Shown here: positions 1 to 9,203 of the stretch, piece after piece
How the letters are laid out: each line of letters starts with the position of its first letter
How positions within the stretch are numbered: position 1 is the first letter of the stretch
Assembly (NCBI GenBank): GCA_040326155.1
Contig: JBEQLE010000044.1
Span: 1 to 35,231, forward strand
Source of the DNA: Leptospirales bacterium
GTDB taxonomy: Bacteria; Spirochaetota; Leptospiria; Turneriellales; JAOUFE01
Direction: 5' to 3'
DNA: 35,231 nt
Position numbers and translations under genes: made by a program
The notes under the pieces: generated by a model
What the model was told of the DNA's origin: nothing
What the model saw: only the letters and a program-made list of their open reading frames with translations
Database searches by the model: none

Positions 1-165
1 TTCGTAATCTTGCTCGTTATAAGCTTTCAAAGATTTCTGGTAATACTCTTCAATATATTCAGGTGAAGCATTATTAAGTTCATCTACAGCATATGCGCCG
101 CCAACAATAATCAGTGACCAAAATACAAATGAAAATATCTTTTTTAAAGGTACTTGTCGTAACAC
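1..165 (-). CDS. Partial (N-terminal) exported protein, probably TPR-containing; runs off the window edge
   Basis: Manual translation from GTG at 165: MLRQVPLKKIFSFVFWSLIIVGGAYA-VDELNNASPEYIEEYYQKSLKAYNEQDYE. Signal-peptide-like stretch ending AYA, then a TPR-like helix. Confidence 0.65.
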   Translation of the reverse strand, partial: MLRQVPLKKIFSFVFWSLIIVGGAYAVDELNNASPEYIEEYYQKSLKAYNEQDYE

Positions 166-384
166 TAAAGCAAGAGAAATCTTGGTTTCAGAGTGTCAAT
201 AATATTATCGTGTGTTTTTTTCCCGCAAAAACTGAAAACCTTTATAAAGGGCAAGTCTGCCCCTCCGCCGCACACGGTTGCGGCTGACCCCGACGTATAA
301 AACAAAACGCCGCACGCGACACCTCTCTTGACAAATGGAAATTCCGTCTAAACTCTTACCCGTTTTCTTCCGAAAAGTATACTA

Positions 385-1545
385 ATGAAAAGAAATTATC
401 TTTTACTTATTATTATACCGCTGTTTTTAGTAAATTGTGCATCTGGCCCGCAGTTTCGGCCATATGAAGGGTATCGTTATCGTCCTCACAATTCTGACTC
501 TTCTACTTTTACCGACCCTCGGCAAACTCGAAATCGGGCAATCGGAAACGGGAAGTCGGTAAGGGTTGAAATTTACCGAGGCCCGCCAACTACGGTAAAT
601 ATTTCAGGGTATCAATTTACTGGAATTAAGGGTGATGTGAAAAAAGGGTCTGGAAAGTTTACGCCTGCCTCTTCGGGACAACTGGTATCTAAGACAGGTC
701 AGTTTCAATTTAACGGTAAAACGTATCCCGGTACGCTTACGGTTCACAACGCTGGCAAGGTATATGTTTATGTAAATAATGTACCCATATCTGAATACTT
801 AATTTCTGTAATAAGTCATGAGATGAGCCCCTCCTGGCCGGTTGAAACGTTGAAAGCGCAAGCCATTACAGCTAGAACTTACGTAATGAAAAAGATGGAG
901 CGTAATGCAAAACTAAAATATGACATTGGCTCAACCACATATGACCAGGTGTACGGTGGTTTTGTCAGCGACCCCAAAAATGCAAAACGGGCAGTGGAAG
1001 AGACAAAAGGAATGGTCATTACATACGAAGGGAAATTGGCCGAGGTTTTTTATCACTCTGATTGTGGAGGCGAGACTGCGGCGGCTTCGGAAGTCTGGAA
1101 TCATGATTTTCCATACCTTGTTCGAAAGCGGTGTGAGTTTAAAGATTCACCGGAATATTCATGGGAGGTTACCTATTCGAAAAGCCATATTGAAAAGGCT
1201 TTTGGAATCTCTTTTATAACAAGCATTGTAATTTCTCAAAGGACGCCTTCGAAGAGGGTAAAATTGCTGGTAATCAATTCACGTCGTGGGAAAAAGTCGA
1301 TTACGGCTTCTCTGTTTCGAGCAAAACTGGGTTCGACTAAAATTCGCTCGACTCGTTTTGCCATTCGCCAAAGCGGTTCAAACTTTGTTGTCCGCGGCAG
1401 GGGTTATGGACACGGGGTTGGTCTTTGCCAATGGTGCGCTAAAATAATGGTCGAAAAACAGTCTATGAACCATCGAAGTATTTTAAGGTTCTTTTTTCCC
1501 GGAACAAAAATTCAATTGTGGCGTGAGTCGGTCAGAAAAAGGTGA
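385..1545 (+). CDS. SpoIID/LytB-domain lytic transglycosylase-like lipoprotein
   Basis: Lipobox-like LVNC; SpoIID motifs EMSPSWPVETLKAQAITARTY, QVYGG, YHSDCGG, GRGYGHGVGLCQWCA, ILRFFFPGT. Confidence 0.92.
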   Translation: MKRNYLLLIIIPLFLVNCASGPQFRPYEGYRYRPHNSDSSTFTDPRQTRNRAIGNGKSVRVEIYRGPPTTVNISGYQFTGIKGDVKKGSGKFTPASSGQLVSKTGQFQFNGKTYPGTLTVHNAGKVYVYVNNVPISEYLISVISHEMSPSWPVETLKAQAITARTYVMKKMERNAKLKYDIGSTTYDQVYGGFVSDPKNAKRAVEETKGMVITYEGKLAEVFYHSDCGGETAAASEVWNHDFPYLVRKRCEFKDSPEYSWEVTYSKSHIEKAFGISFITSIVISQRTPSKRVKLLVINSRRGKKSITASLFRAKLGSTKIRSTRFAIRQSGSNFVVRGRGYGHGVGLCQWCAKIMVEKQSMNHRSILRFFFPGTKIQLWRESVRKR

Positions 1546-2353
1546 TTTCGTCTTCGTCGGACTTATCTTTTTCAATGTTGAAAATATTAGAATCGCCTTT
1601 GATGTCGTGCATATCCATGCCTTGCATTAGCCGTTGAATATTAACAAGGTGCTGGTTAATTTGGTCCATCTGCTGTGAAATGATATCGAAATTTTGACTG
1701 TCTATAGTCAATACATGTCTAATCGTTTTTTTGATTTCATCGATTTCCCCGCCAGTGCTGGGAACATCGGAGCCTAGTTTGTCAATTACAGGCAAGAGGT
1801 CTGCAAGTTTAGACACCATGCTTTCTCCGGTATTGTTCAAACTGCCTTGTGTAAAGCCGAGCTTTGCAATAACTCCATGATCGTCCATCATGTTCCGTAT
1901 GACTCTTCGTCCCCGGTTCATTTCTGTTTCAACCATTGTGTTAGTACTTCGTAGTCTGGAAGATAGAACCTTAGACGCTCCTTTATAAAAAGCGGCAGAG
2001 AATACAAAATTTTCAGATAACACTTTTTGAAAGGATTTTCGGTCGCATAATAGTAAAACGGAATCTTCGGCGGCTTGTAGAGAAGCCGAGGAATTTTCAT
2101 TTTCGAGAAGTGACATTTCACCAAAGGTGCTGCCGGTATCGAGGGTGGTTATCAGAACTTCAAAATCAGCGGCAAAAACATTCACGCTACCTTCGGCGAT
2201 CAGGAAAAAACCGGGAACAGGGTCTTCCAGGTTTAATATCATATCATCTTTTCGAACCCTTACAATGGAAAAGGTGTTTACCAGATCTTTCGCGTAGGAA
2301 GGCGCTATGTCTGCGAAAAAAGGTACATCCGTTAATTTTATTTTATATTGCAT
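1532..2353 (-). CDS. Cyclic-nucleotide-binding (Crp-type) domain protein with helical C-terminus
   Basis: FFLIAEGSVNV...GSTFGEMSLL...SASLQA cNMP fold, followed by a helical/coiled-coil tail with no evident HTH. Start set at ATG 2353 (ORF track starts at 2389). Confidence 0.85.
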   Translation of the reverse strand: MQYKIKLTDVPFFADIAPSYAKDLVNTFSIVRVRKDDMILNLEDPVPGFFLIAEGSVNVFAADFEVLITTLDTGSTFGEMSLLENENSSASLQAAEDSVLLLCDRKSFQKVLSENFVFSAAFYKGASKVLSSRLRSTNTMVETEMNRGRRVIRNMMDDHGVIAKLGFTQGSLNNTGESMVSKLADLLPVIDKLGSDVPSTGGEIDEIKKTIRHVLTIDSQNFDIISQQMDQINQHLVNIQRLMQGMDMHDIKGDSNIFNIEKDKSDEDEITFF

Positions 2354-2470
2354 TATCTGCCATTGTTGATTGGTTTTTTTACTTTGCAAGCAATCTTTTA
2401 CTAGTTCGGTATTTTTTTATCTAAACTATTAGACGTTCTAATCTCCAATATTTAGTCCATATTAAAAAAA

Positions 2471-2866
2471 TTATACGTTTTCATTCAATGCCTTTTGAAT
2501 ACGTTCCAGTTTTACCCAGGCTTCATTCGCCACTTTGGAAACTTCTTCGTTGTCTGTCATTTGCATGGCAGCTTTGGGGTTCATAATCGAGACAACAACC
2601 TCGCCGGAGTCTTCTTCGCGAACGACCACATTACAAGGCAGCAATACTCCTATATCGGGTTCGGCGTCCATAGCTCGGTTGGCCAGTTCGGGGTTGCAAG
2701 CACCGAGTATTAGATAGGGATTTTTATCGAGATCGAGTTTTTTTTTCATGGTTTGTTTAACATCGATCTGGGTTAGTATACCAAATCCTTCGTTAGCAAG
2801 GGCGGTTGTAGCTTTTTCAACTACTTCGGAAAAAGTTCCTTTGGGTTTTGCGATTAGTGCATACAT
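2471..2866 (-). CDS. DUF302 domain protein
   Basis: GFGILTQIDVK, PYLILGACNP and IGVLLPCNVVV motifs; GGAG RBS upstream of ATG 2866. Confidence 0.92.
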   Translation of the reverse strand: MYALIAKPKGTFSEVVEKATTALANEGFGILTQIDVKQTMKKKLDLDKNPYLILGACNPELANRAMDAEPDIGVLLPCNVVVREEDSGEVVVSIMNPKAAMQMTDNEEVSKVANEAWVKLERIQKALNENV

Positions 2867-3119
2867 TATTAGCTCCAGATTTTGTAAGATAGTCAAATAC
2901 CATTAATTAGATTTTACTAATGTATCAAGTTTTTTTTAAAGCAACCACTCTTTTTAGAAAAAAGGAAGTTTTTTTTACACTTTGAGTTTTGGTCTGATAC
3001 AAACTTAATAAAACGGTTCAGGCTTCTGGCGCGGTCGCATTCCGAAGAACGGACTCTGGAATATGCTACCTTTACAATACGTAAATACCAGGGAATTGGG
3101 CGGCCATCTCTTTTTAAAT

Positions 3120-4712
3120 CTATTTTTTAAATACTCGATTTCGTATACGCTCTAGAAGGTGGCGAAACAGTTCATACTCTTTAATTTTGAACATAGATGA
3201 AAATAAAATGTATACTAGGAAAGCGATTGGAACGGCGATTAAAAGTTGAATTGCGTATCCGTACCCGATTGTGAACGAATGAAGTATATATAAAAAGCCC
3301 ATAAGAATTGTATTCACCAGGACAATTTTAATAATGTTATTCAGGGAGTTTTTATTAAAGTTGAAATAACCCTGGGTGATGACTATACGAAGGTATATAA
3401 TAGAACCGACATAGGAGGCCAGCGAGGAACCGAGAGCGAGACCGGCATGATAAATGTATTGCATAAAATAAATACTCATGGATATGTTTAAAACAAGTAC
3501 AAAAGTGGTTATTATTGCCGGAGTTTTTGAGTTTTTTCGGGCGTACATGGAAGACATGAACAGTTTTTGCATGCTGTAACCTAGAATTCCGGGGGCGTAA
3601 TATTTCAGGGCTATTGCGGTTGTAGCGGTGGATTGGGCGTCGAATTTTCCCCTTTCAAAAAGCAGGCCTACAATGGGTTCTGCGTATATTATTAGACCCA
3701 GAGTGGCGGGTAGTATTAAAAAGAAATTTAATCCGATGGAGGTCCAGAGTGTCTGTTGAAATTCTTCGATTTTATTTTCTTTGTACAGGTTCGATAGTTG
3801 TGGTAAGCTTGCCGTAGCTATGGCGACCCCGAAAATTCCCATGGGAAGGTGAATTAATCTATGGGCGTAAGTTAAAGCGGCGACCGCCTCTGGGACCTCT
3901 TCTTTCAGACCTGTTGCAAGAAATATATCGATCAGTTGCCCGATCTCCAAGACGGCGGCGCCAAATGCAGCCGGCATCATCATTACAAATAAGGAACGTA
4001 TGGCTGGGTGTTTTAGATTCAACGATATTTTAGGGGAAAGCCCCATTTTGCGTACTACTCTAATCTGGAATATGAGTTGAATGGCTCCCGCACCGAGAGT
4101 TATAATGGAGAATAGATATACCAGAGTTGTTGAGTCGATTTCGGTTCCCATGGAGGCGGCGAACATGGTTCCACCAAAAAAAATAAGGACGACTGTGTTT
4201 AATAAAGCGGGCCCCAGACTTGCCGCCCAGAAAACGGAGTGGCTGTACTGTATTCCCATGTAGATGGATGCGAGGCTCATTAAAATAATGTATGGAAAGA
4301 GCAAACGTGATAAAGAGATCATCAGCAGGGTTAATTCTGAGCTGCTTTGTGCGTCGTGGTTGAGTAAGGGAATTAAATACGGTATACTTACCCAGGCGAT
4401 TACATTGAGCAGGACAAGGGCAATGGATATAAAACCAATAATAGCCCCGGAGGCTTCTTTTTCTTCTACGGTATTGCCTCGGTATTTTTCATAGATTGGT
4501 ACAAATGATTGTGAGAGCGCTCCGTCGGCGACGAGGTTTCGCAACATGTTGGGTATTCGAAAGGCAATGTCGAAGGCAACGGCAAACGGAGAGGTGCCAA
4601 AAGCAAATGCCTTTAAAGCTTCTCTGCCAAGGCCCAGGCCGCGAGAGATGATCGTGAAAAAAGAAAAAACAGAGGTGTTTTTTACAGTCTGTTTAGAATG
4701 GGTTTTGTCCAT
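3120..4712 (-). CDS. murJ: Lipid II flippase MurJ (MviN)
   Basis: SRGLGLGRE, AFRIPNMLRNLVADGALSQSFVP, RLIHLPMGIFGVAIATASLPQLS, LFERGKFD; many TM segments. Confidence 0.96.
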   Translation of the reverse strand: MDKTHSKQTVKNTSVFSFFTIISRGLGLGREALKAFAFGTSPFAVAFDIAFRIPNMLRNLVADGALSQSFVPIYEKYRGNTVEEKEASGAIIGFISIALVLLNVIAWVSIPYLIPLLNHDAQSSSELTLLMISLSRLLFPYIILMSLASIYMGIQYSHSVFWAASLGPALLNTVVLIFFGGTMFAASMGTEIDSTTLVYLFSIITLGAGAIQLIFQIRVVRKMGLSPKISLNLKHPAIRSLFVMMMPAAFGAAVLEIGQLIDIFLATGLKEEVPEAVAALTYAHRLIHLPMGIFGVAIATASLPQLSNLYKENKIEEFQQTLWTSIGLNFFLILPATLGLIIYAEPIVGLLFERGKFDAQSTATTAIALKYYAPGILGYSMQKLFMSSMYARKNSKTPAIITTFVLVLNISMSIYFMQYIYHAGLALGSSLASYVGSIIYLRIVITQGYFNFNKNSLNNIIKIVLVNTILMGFLYILHSFTIGYGYAIQLLIAVPIAFLVYILFSSMFKIKEYELFRHLLERIRNRVFKK

Positions 4713-4714
4713 GT

Positions 4715-5245
4715 CTATTTTTGTTGAACCTGGCCAATGGGCTGGTCTACGACAATTTTATTCAAATTCATATCGGCTTTTAAGTTTTGTCCATTTAAAC
4801 TGTCACCGCCGGGAAAGTATATTTTCACGGGAGCATCTGTATGCAGTTTTTGTGTTTTTTCTTCCCAGACAAGGTGGTTAGTATAGAGTTTACGCCCATT
4901 TGGAGAATACACTTTCACTTTATCATCGAGTATCATAATTCTCTTTTTTTGATGCAATACTCCTCTTTCTGATATAATTATGGTTTTCTTGTTTTTTTTA
5001 TCGAAGTATTCCAGGTTTACCTTATCTAATAGTACGATTCCTGTTTTGTTATTTATATAAGCTCTATCTGAAACGAGGGTCCAGAGAACTCTTTTATCGT
5101 TTTTTCCTGTGGCATGAAAGTTTTGAATGACAATATCTGTATTTCCTTTTTCAGGGGGGCCGTCCACTTTTCGAAAACCCGCATCTTCAGTACCGCAATG
5201 TAAGCAAAAAAGTAGAAGAAATAGGAAGATAGATTTTGTCACCAC
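4715..5245 (-). CDS. lptC: LPS export periplasmic protein LptC-like (lipoprotein)
   Basis: Lipobox-like LHC; beta-jellyroll pattern W.L.S.RA, V.LEYFD, LYTNHLVW, TDAPVKI; ends 2 nt before the murJ start. Confidence 0.8.
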   Translation of the reverse strand: MVTKSIFLFLLLFCLHCGTEDAGFRKVDGPPEKGNTDIVIQNFHATGKNDKRVLWTLVSDRAYINNKTGIVLLDKVNLEYFDKKNKKTIIISERGVLHQKKRIMILDDKVKVYSPNGRKLYTNHLVWEEKTQKLHTDAPVKIYFPGGDSLNGQNLKADMNLNKIVVDQPIGQVQQK

Positions 5246-5375
5246 GGTGAATATTCGCTTTAGAATTAGCTGGTCAAGGCTTTTCGCCGGAGGTAGCTAC
5301 GGCGGGTTGTGAGGTGCGAGTATGGGCGCTATGTTGTAGCTAATAACCTCGGAATTTTCCATAGCGGGCCGGGTA

Positions 5376-5939
5376 TTACCAGTAATCGCCGGGTTTGTAG
5401 TATATGAATTCGAAGTGTTGATGTTTTATGCCCGTGGTGTGGAATCTCACACCACGGTATATTTTAATACCCAGGCACTTCCACGCCGGACCACTGAACC
5501 TGCCATTGCGGTCCCGGGAGCGCCCAATATAGGGAAACTTGCTGACCAAATCATCCAGATACATCGCCAGCGCCAAACGAACCAGATGACTCATCGTACA
5601 TCCCATTTTGGCAGCGGTAATTCGAATAAACAACTCGTCTTTCCCATATAGACAAAGTCGATGTCTATGCTTCTTCTGACTATTGGCTCTTTCGCCTCGC
5701 ACCAGCTCATTCAGCTTTGCAATTTTAGCAGAGCGCAACCCCGCATTTTCGCCATCAGGATGAAACTGCCCGTTTCGTTTAATCATCCGAAACACAGCGT
5801 ATCGGACTACCCAAGAATGGGATCTGAATGTACAGATTGCCACCCATTTTACTTTATTCCAGGACAAAGGAGGTAGCCGAATTTCTAAAACATTGTCAAT
5901 GGGTATCTTCAATTTTCGATACGTAGATATATTCTTCAT
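5376..5939 (-). CDS. Tandem ribbon-helix-helix (CopG-like) protein, paralog 1; reminiscent of Leptospira DUF1564-type proteins
   Basis: Two strand-helix-helix units: LEIRLPPLSWNKVKWVA...SHSWVVRYAVFRMIKR and HRLCLYGKDELFIRITAAKMGCTMSHLVRLAL. Start set at ATG 5939 because the ORF-track extension runs through a repeat. Confidence 0.65.
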   Translation of the reverse strand: MKNISTYRKLKIPIDNVLEIRLPPLSWNKVKWVAICTFRSHSWVVRYAVFRMIKRNGQFHPDGENAGLRSAKIAKLNELVRGERANSQKKHRHRLCLYGKDELFIRITAAKMGCTMSHLVRLALAMYLDDLVSKFPYIGRSRDRNGRFSGPAWKCLGIKIYRGVRFHTTGIKHQHFEFIYYKPGDYW

Positions 5940-5976
5940 ATAAGTGTAATAGGCAAAAGTTGGATTTTTTTTCATC

Positions 5977-6085
5977 TTTAGTTCACAAAAAAATCCTTCG
6001 GTTTTTTTATGCCGATTCGTTCGATCTTCCTTTGAAGTTATTTGCAGCCAAAAAGCGTGGTTTTTGAAAACCCGTTCCATGGTAT
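5977..6085 (-). repeat. ~109-bp dispersed two-hairpin repeat, copy A
   Basis: Reverse complement ataccatggaacgggttttcaaaaaccacgctttttgg...atcgaacgaatcggcataaaaaaaccgaaggatttttttgtgaactaaa aligns end to end with 7914-8021 and 21290-21398. Confidence 0.9.
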
Positions 6086-6160
6086 CATATTCGCTCTACC
6101 GCAAACTCTGTGTTTGCAAAAATGCTCTTTACATCAGGTTTTCAAGGGCGGCGATACCTT

Positions 6161-7243
6161 GTGAATGCTCATGTGATTGGGGCCGGGATGGCTGGTTTAA
6201 CTGTAGCCGTTTCGCTGGCAAAAGTGGGCTATAAAGTTACAATATGGGAGAAAGAGGAACTGCCGTGTGTTTTTGCTTCTTCGCGCAATGCGGCGATTTT
6301 TCGGACGTATGAATCTGACCCTGTTATTTCGTATCTGGTAAAGCGTAATTATTTGCATATTTTAAAGGCTCGCAAAGAAGGTGTGGAGCTTTTGAACGAA
6401 ACTGGTTTGATTGTTGATCCGTTGGAGAACGATTATTATGAAGAGCCTTTTTTGAAAAAGAATCCGGGAGCGGGAAGGTTAAACAGTGAAAAAAGAACTA
6501 TTGTATTGCCCGGTGGCGGGGAATTTTCGGGACTATACATTTCGGGAAATGGAGTAATCGATATTCATGCGTTGCAGGAGTATTTTTTAAAGCAGGCAAA
6601 GGAAAAAGGCGTCGTTCTACATTTTCAAAAAAGGATTATCAGCCTCGTGAAGCAGGGTGACCGGATTGTTCGGTTTCAGTTGAATGGCGACCAGACCGTA
6701 GAAATGGAATCAAGTGATATTATTGTAAATGCTTCTGGTTCATGGGCGAGGGATTTGTTTGAAAAAAACGGTTTAGCCGCTGCTCCTCTGGTACCCCATA
6801 AACGCCATCTCTATTTTATTAAAACCAAAGATGATATTTCAAATTTACCTGTCATCTGGGATGAAAAGAAAGATATTTACTTTCGTCCAGAAGGGCCGGG
6901 TTTTATTGCAACACATTGCGACCAGAGACCCACCGGGGCGGATGATTTTAGCGCCGTAGAGAGTGAAACCGGGAATTTTCTTCGTGCCTTAACCGAGGCT
7001 TACCCTTTTTTTAAAGACTACTATATTTCACGTTACTGGGCTTGCCTTCGAACTTTTCCGCTTGATAATTTGCCAATTATTGGTTTCGATAAACATCAAA
7101 AAAATGTTCTATGGTTTACCGGGTTCGGGGGCAGGGGAATGAGTATTGCTCTCGCTGCCGGGGAATTTCTGGAACAAAAACTCGAAGACGGAACTATTTA
7201 CGACGACGTAAAAAATCCACTTTCGCCTTCGAGATTTTATTAA
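6161..7243 (+). CDS. FAD-dependent oxidoreductase, DAO/sarcosine oxidase (DadA) family
   Basis: VIGAGMAG Rossmann motif, ASSRNAAI, VNASGSWA, YFRPEG, WACLRTFPLDNLPIIG, GFGGRGM, LSPSRF. Likely start GTG 6161. Confidence 0.9.
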   Translation: MNAHVIGAGMAGLTVAVSLAKVGYKVTIWEKEELPCVFASSRNAAIFRTYESDPVISYLVKRNYLHILKARKEGVELLNETGLIVDPLENDYYEEPFLKKNPGAGRLNSEKRTIVLPGGGEFSGLYISGNGVIDIHALQEYFLKQAKEKGVVLHFQKRIISLVKQGDRIVRFQLNGDQTVEMESSDIIVNASGSWARDLFEKNGLAAAPLVPHKRHLYFIKTKDDISNLPVIWDEKKDIYFRPEGPGFIATHCDQRPTGADDFSAVESETGNFLRALTEAYPFFKDYYISRYWACLRTFPLDNLPIIGFDKHQKNVLWFTGFGGRGMSIALAAGEFLEQKLEDGTIYDDVKNPLSPSRFY

Positions 7244-7259
7244 CTCCTTGTGCGTCCTT

Positions 7260-7655
7260 CTAAAGTTCCGCCAGCTCTTTTTCAAGCGCAATGCGAACCA
7301 GGTAAGACATGGAGCACCGCATTTTCAGGGCAACCAGTTTTAATTGCAACTTATCTTCCCCAAAAAGGCAAAGCTTGAAACGGTGCATATTTTCAGACGC
7401 CTTTGCATGGGTTTTTTCGTAAGGGTCTCTTTCCCGGGTTACCGAGGAACTTTTAACCGGCTTATTATTTACATAAACTTCCGGATTCTTTCGTTTGATC
7501 AAACGAAAAAGGGCCTCACGAACCACATCACAATAACCGGTATCGCGCTTTTGCGTTACCATTCTTAACCTGTTCCAGATCTCCCGTTGCAAGCGAATTT
7601 CAACAGTGCAACATGCTTCCAGAATACCTTGACTACTTATGTTTTTACTATTCAT
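7260..7655 (-). CDS. Tandem ribbon-helix-helix protein, paralog 2
   Basis: Aligns with 5376-5939: VEIRLQREIWNRLRMV...DVVREALFRLIKR and HRFKLCLFGEDKLQLKLVALKMRCSMSYLVRIAL. Confidence 0.65.
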   Translation of the reverse strand: MNSKNISSQGILEACCTVEIRLQREIWNRLRMVTQKRDTGYCDVVREALFRLIKRKNPEVYVNNKPVKSSSVTRERDPYEKTHAKASENMHRFKLCLFGEDKLQLKLVALKMRCSMSYLVRIALEKELAEL

Positions 7656-7882
7656 AACTATGTAATAGGGAAAACCCGCAGATTTTTTCACATTTTGGTA
7701 ATTTTTTTGAAAAAAGTGCAAATACTGTATGAAATTTGTCTTTTTGATGGTAAATTACCCATCGCTTCCGGGGGGTTGGCGGAAAACGCGAAGCGGTTGC
7801 AGCCAAGGGGGTTTGAACTTTTTTGGCAGAGTCGCAAAATTGCGACCCTGCCGATGGAACATAAAAACCATCGCCCCCTTCC

Positions 7883-8021
7883 AAAACCGCAGGATTTTTT
7901 TGTGACTAAGATAATACCACGGAGCGAGCTGGCAAAAACGACGTTTTTTGACAGCTAAAAACTTTAAACTACAATCGAACGGAGCAGCATAAAAAAACCG
8001 CAGGATTTTTTTGTGACTAAA
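7883..8021 (+). repeat. ~109-bp dispersed repeat, copy B (7914-8021), preceded by an exact 27-bp duplicate of its 3' end (7883-7909)
   Basis: aaaaccgcaggatttttttgtgactaa occurs at 7883-7909 and 7994-8020; internal palindrome gctggcaaaaa-cgacgt-tttttgacagc. Confidence 0.9.
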
Positions 8022-8062
8022 AAGATGGTTTTCATGTTATCTTGAAAAACGATATTGAACCC

Positions 8063-9172
8063 ATGGAATATAAAATTGCAGTAATGGCCGGCGACGGAAT
8101 CGGCCCCGAAGTAATGGAAAGCGCCTTGCAGGTTTTTCACAAGGCGACTCAAAACAGCGATCATACATTTGTACTGGAAACGGCCCTCGTAGGCGGGGCG
8201 GCTATTGATGCACACGGGGAAGCTTTGCCAGCCGACGCCCTTGCTCTTTGTGAAAAGTCGGACGCCATTTTATTTGGCTCTGTAGGGGGTCCAAAATGGG
8301 AACACTTGCCACCGACAGACCAACCGGAACGAGCGGCTCTTTTGCCGCTTCGCAAACATTTCGAGCTTTTCGCGAACCTGCGACCTGCTATAATTTATCC
8401 CGAGTTGAAAGACGCTTCTCCTTTGCGAACCGATCTTGTGGAAAACGGTCTCGATATTCTCATTATGCGAGAACTTACCGGTGATGTTTATTTTGGAGAG
8501 CCCAAAGGACGAAAGGGTTCCGGCCCCGAAGAAGAAGCTTTCGACATGATGATATACAAACGTTATGAAATTGAACGCATCGCCCGTATCGCGTTTGAAT
8601 CGGCCCGTAAACGAAATAATAAAGTTCACAGCATAGACAAAGCAAACGTACTTACTACGATGGTCCTTTGGCGCGAAGTCGTAACCGAAGTACACAAAGA
8701 TTACCCCGATGTTGAACTGCACCATCTTTATGTCGACAACGCCTCCATGCAACTTATAAAATGGCCGGCCCAGTTTGACGTAATGCTCTGCCCGAACCTT
8801 TTTGGCGACATCTTGTCTGACGAAGCCTCCCAGATTACCGGCTCCATTGGAATGCTAGCTTCGGCTTCTTTAGGTTCCCCCGAAAGTAAATGGGGAAAAC
8901 AAGGAAACTCTTTTGGTCTCTACGAACCCTCCGGCGGTTCCGCCCCCGATATTGCCGGCCAGGGAGTCGCAAACCCCATCGCCCAGATTCTATCGACAGC
9001 CCTTATGCTGCGCTACTCCTTTAAAATGGAAGACGAGGCCCAAAAAATAGAAGCCGCTGTAAAAGCCGTAATCGCAGAAGGCGCCAGAACGTTCGACCTT
9101 ATACAAGGCACAGACAAGGCTGATTCTATCAATACAAAAGAAATTACAGACCTGATTCTAGCTAAAATTTAA
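8063..9172 (+). CDS. leuB: 3-isopropylmalate dehydrogenase
   Basis: [79 protein letters not shown]. Confidence 0.98.
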   Translation: MEYKIAVMAGDGIGPEVMESALQVFHKATQNSDHTFVLETALVGGAAIDAHGEALPADALALCEKSDAILFGSVGGPKWEHLPPTDQPERAALLPLRKHFELFANLRPAIIYPELKDASPLRTDLVENGLDILIMRELTGDVYFGEPKGRKGSGPEEEAFDMMIYKRYEIERIARIAFESARKRNNKVHSIDKANVLTTMVLWREVVTEVHKDYPDVELHHLYVDNASMQLIKWPAQFDVMLCPNLFGDILSDEASQITGSIGMLASASLGSPESKWGKQGNSFGLYEPSGGSAPDIAGQGVANPIAQILSTALMLRYSFKMEDEAQKIEAAVKAVIAEGARTFDLIQGTDKADSINTKEITDLILAKI

Positions 9173-9203
9173 AATGTTTGCGGGGAAAAAGAGGTAAATT
9201 CTC

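Noticed and set aside
3000..3115. 6S RNA, SRP RNA or c-di-GMP riboswitch
   Set aside because: The diagnostic motifs of these families were not found on either strand.
5940..6080. 47-aa N-terminal extension of RHH paralog 1 in the ORF track
   Set aside because: It translates repeat copy A; the paralog alignment and shared upstream motif point to ATG 5939.
7740..7885. CRISPR-leader-like appearance of this region and of 6085-6155
   Set aside because: No adjacent repeat-spacer array; the similarity is only an impression.
7587..7958. 123-aa + strand ORF and overlapping 7648-7884 ORF
   Set aside because: They run across hairpin and repeat DNA, with no recognisable protein features.
7883..8020. 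CRISPR array suggested by the 27-bp exact direct repeat
   Set aside because: Only two units, about 84 bp apart; the intervening DNA is itself conserved in other copies; no cas genes.
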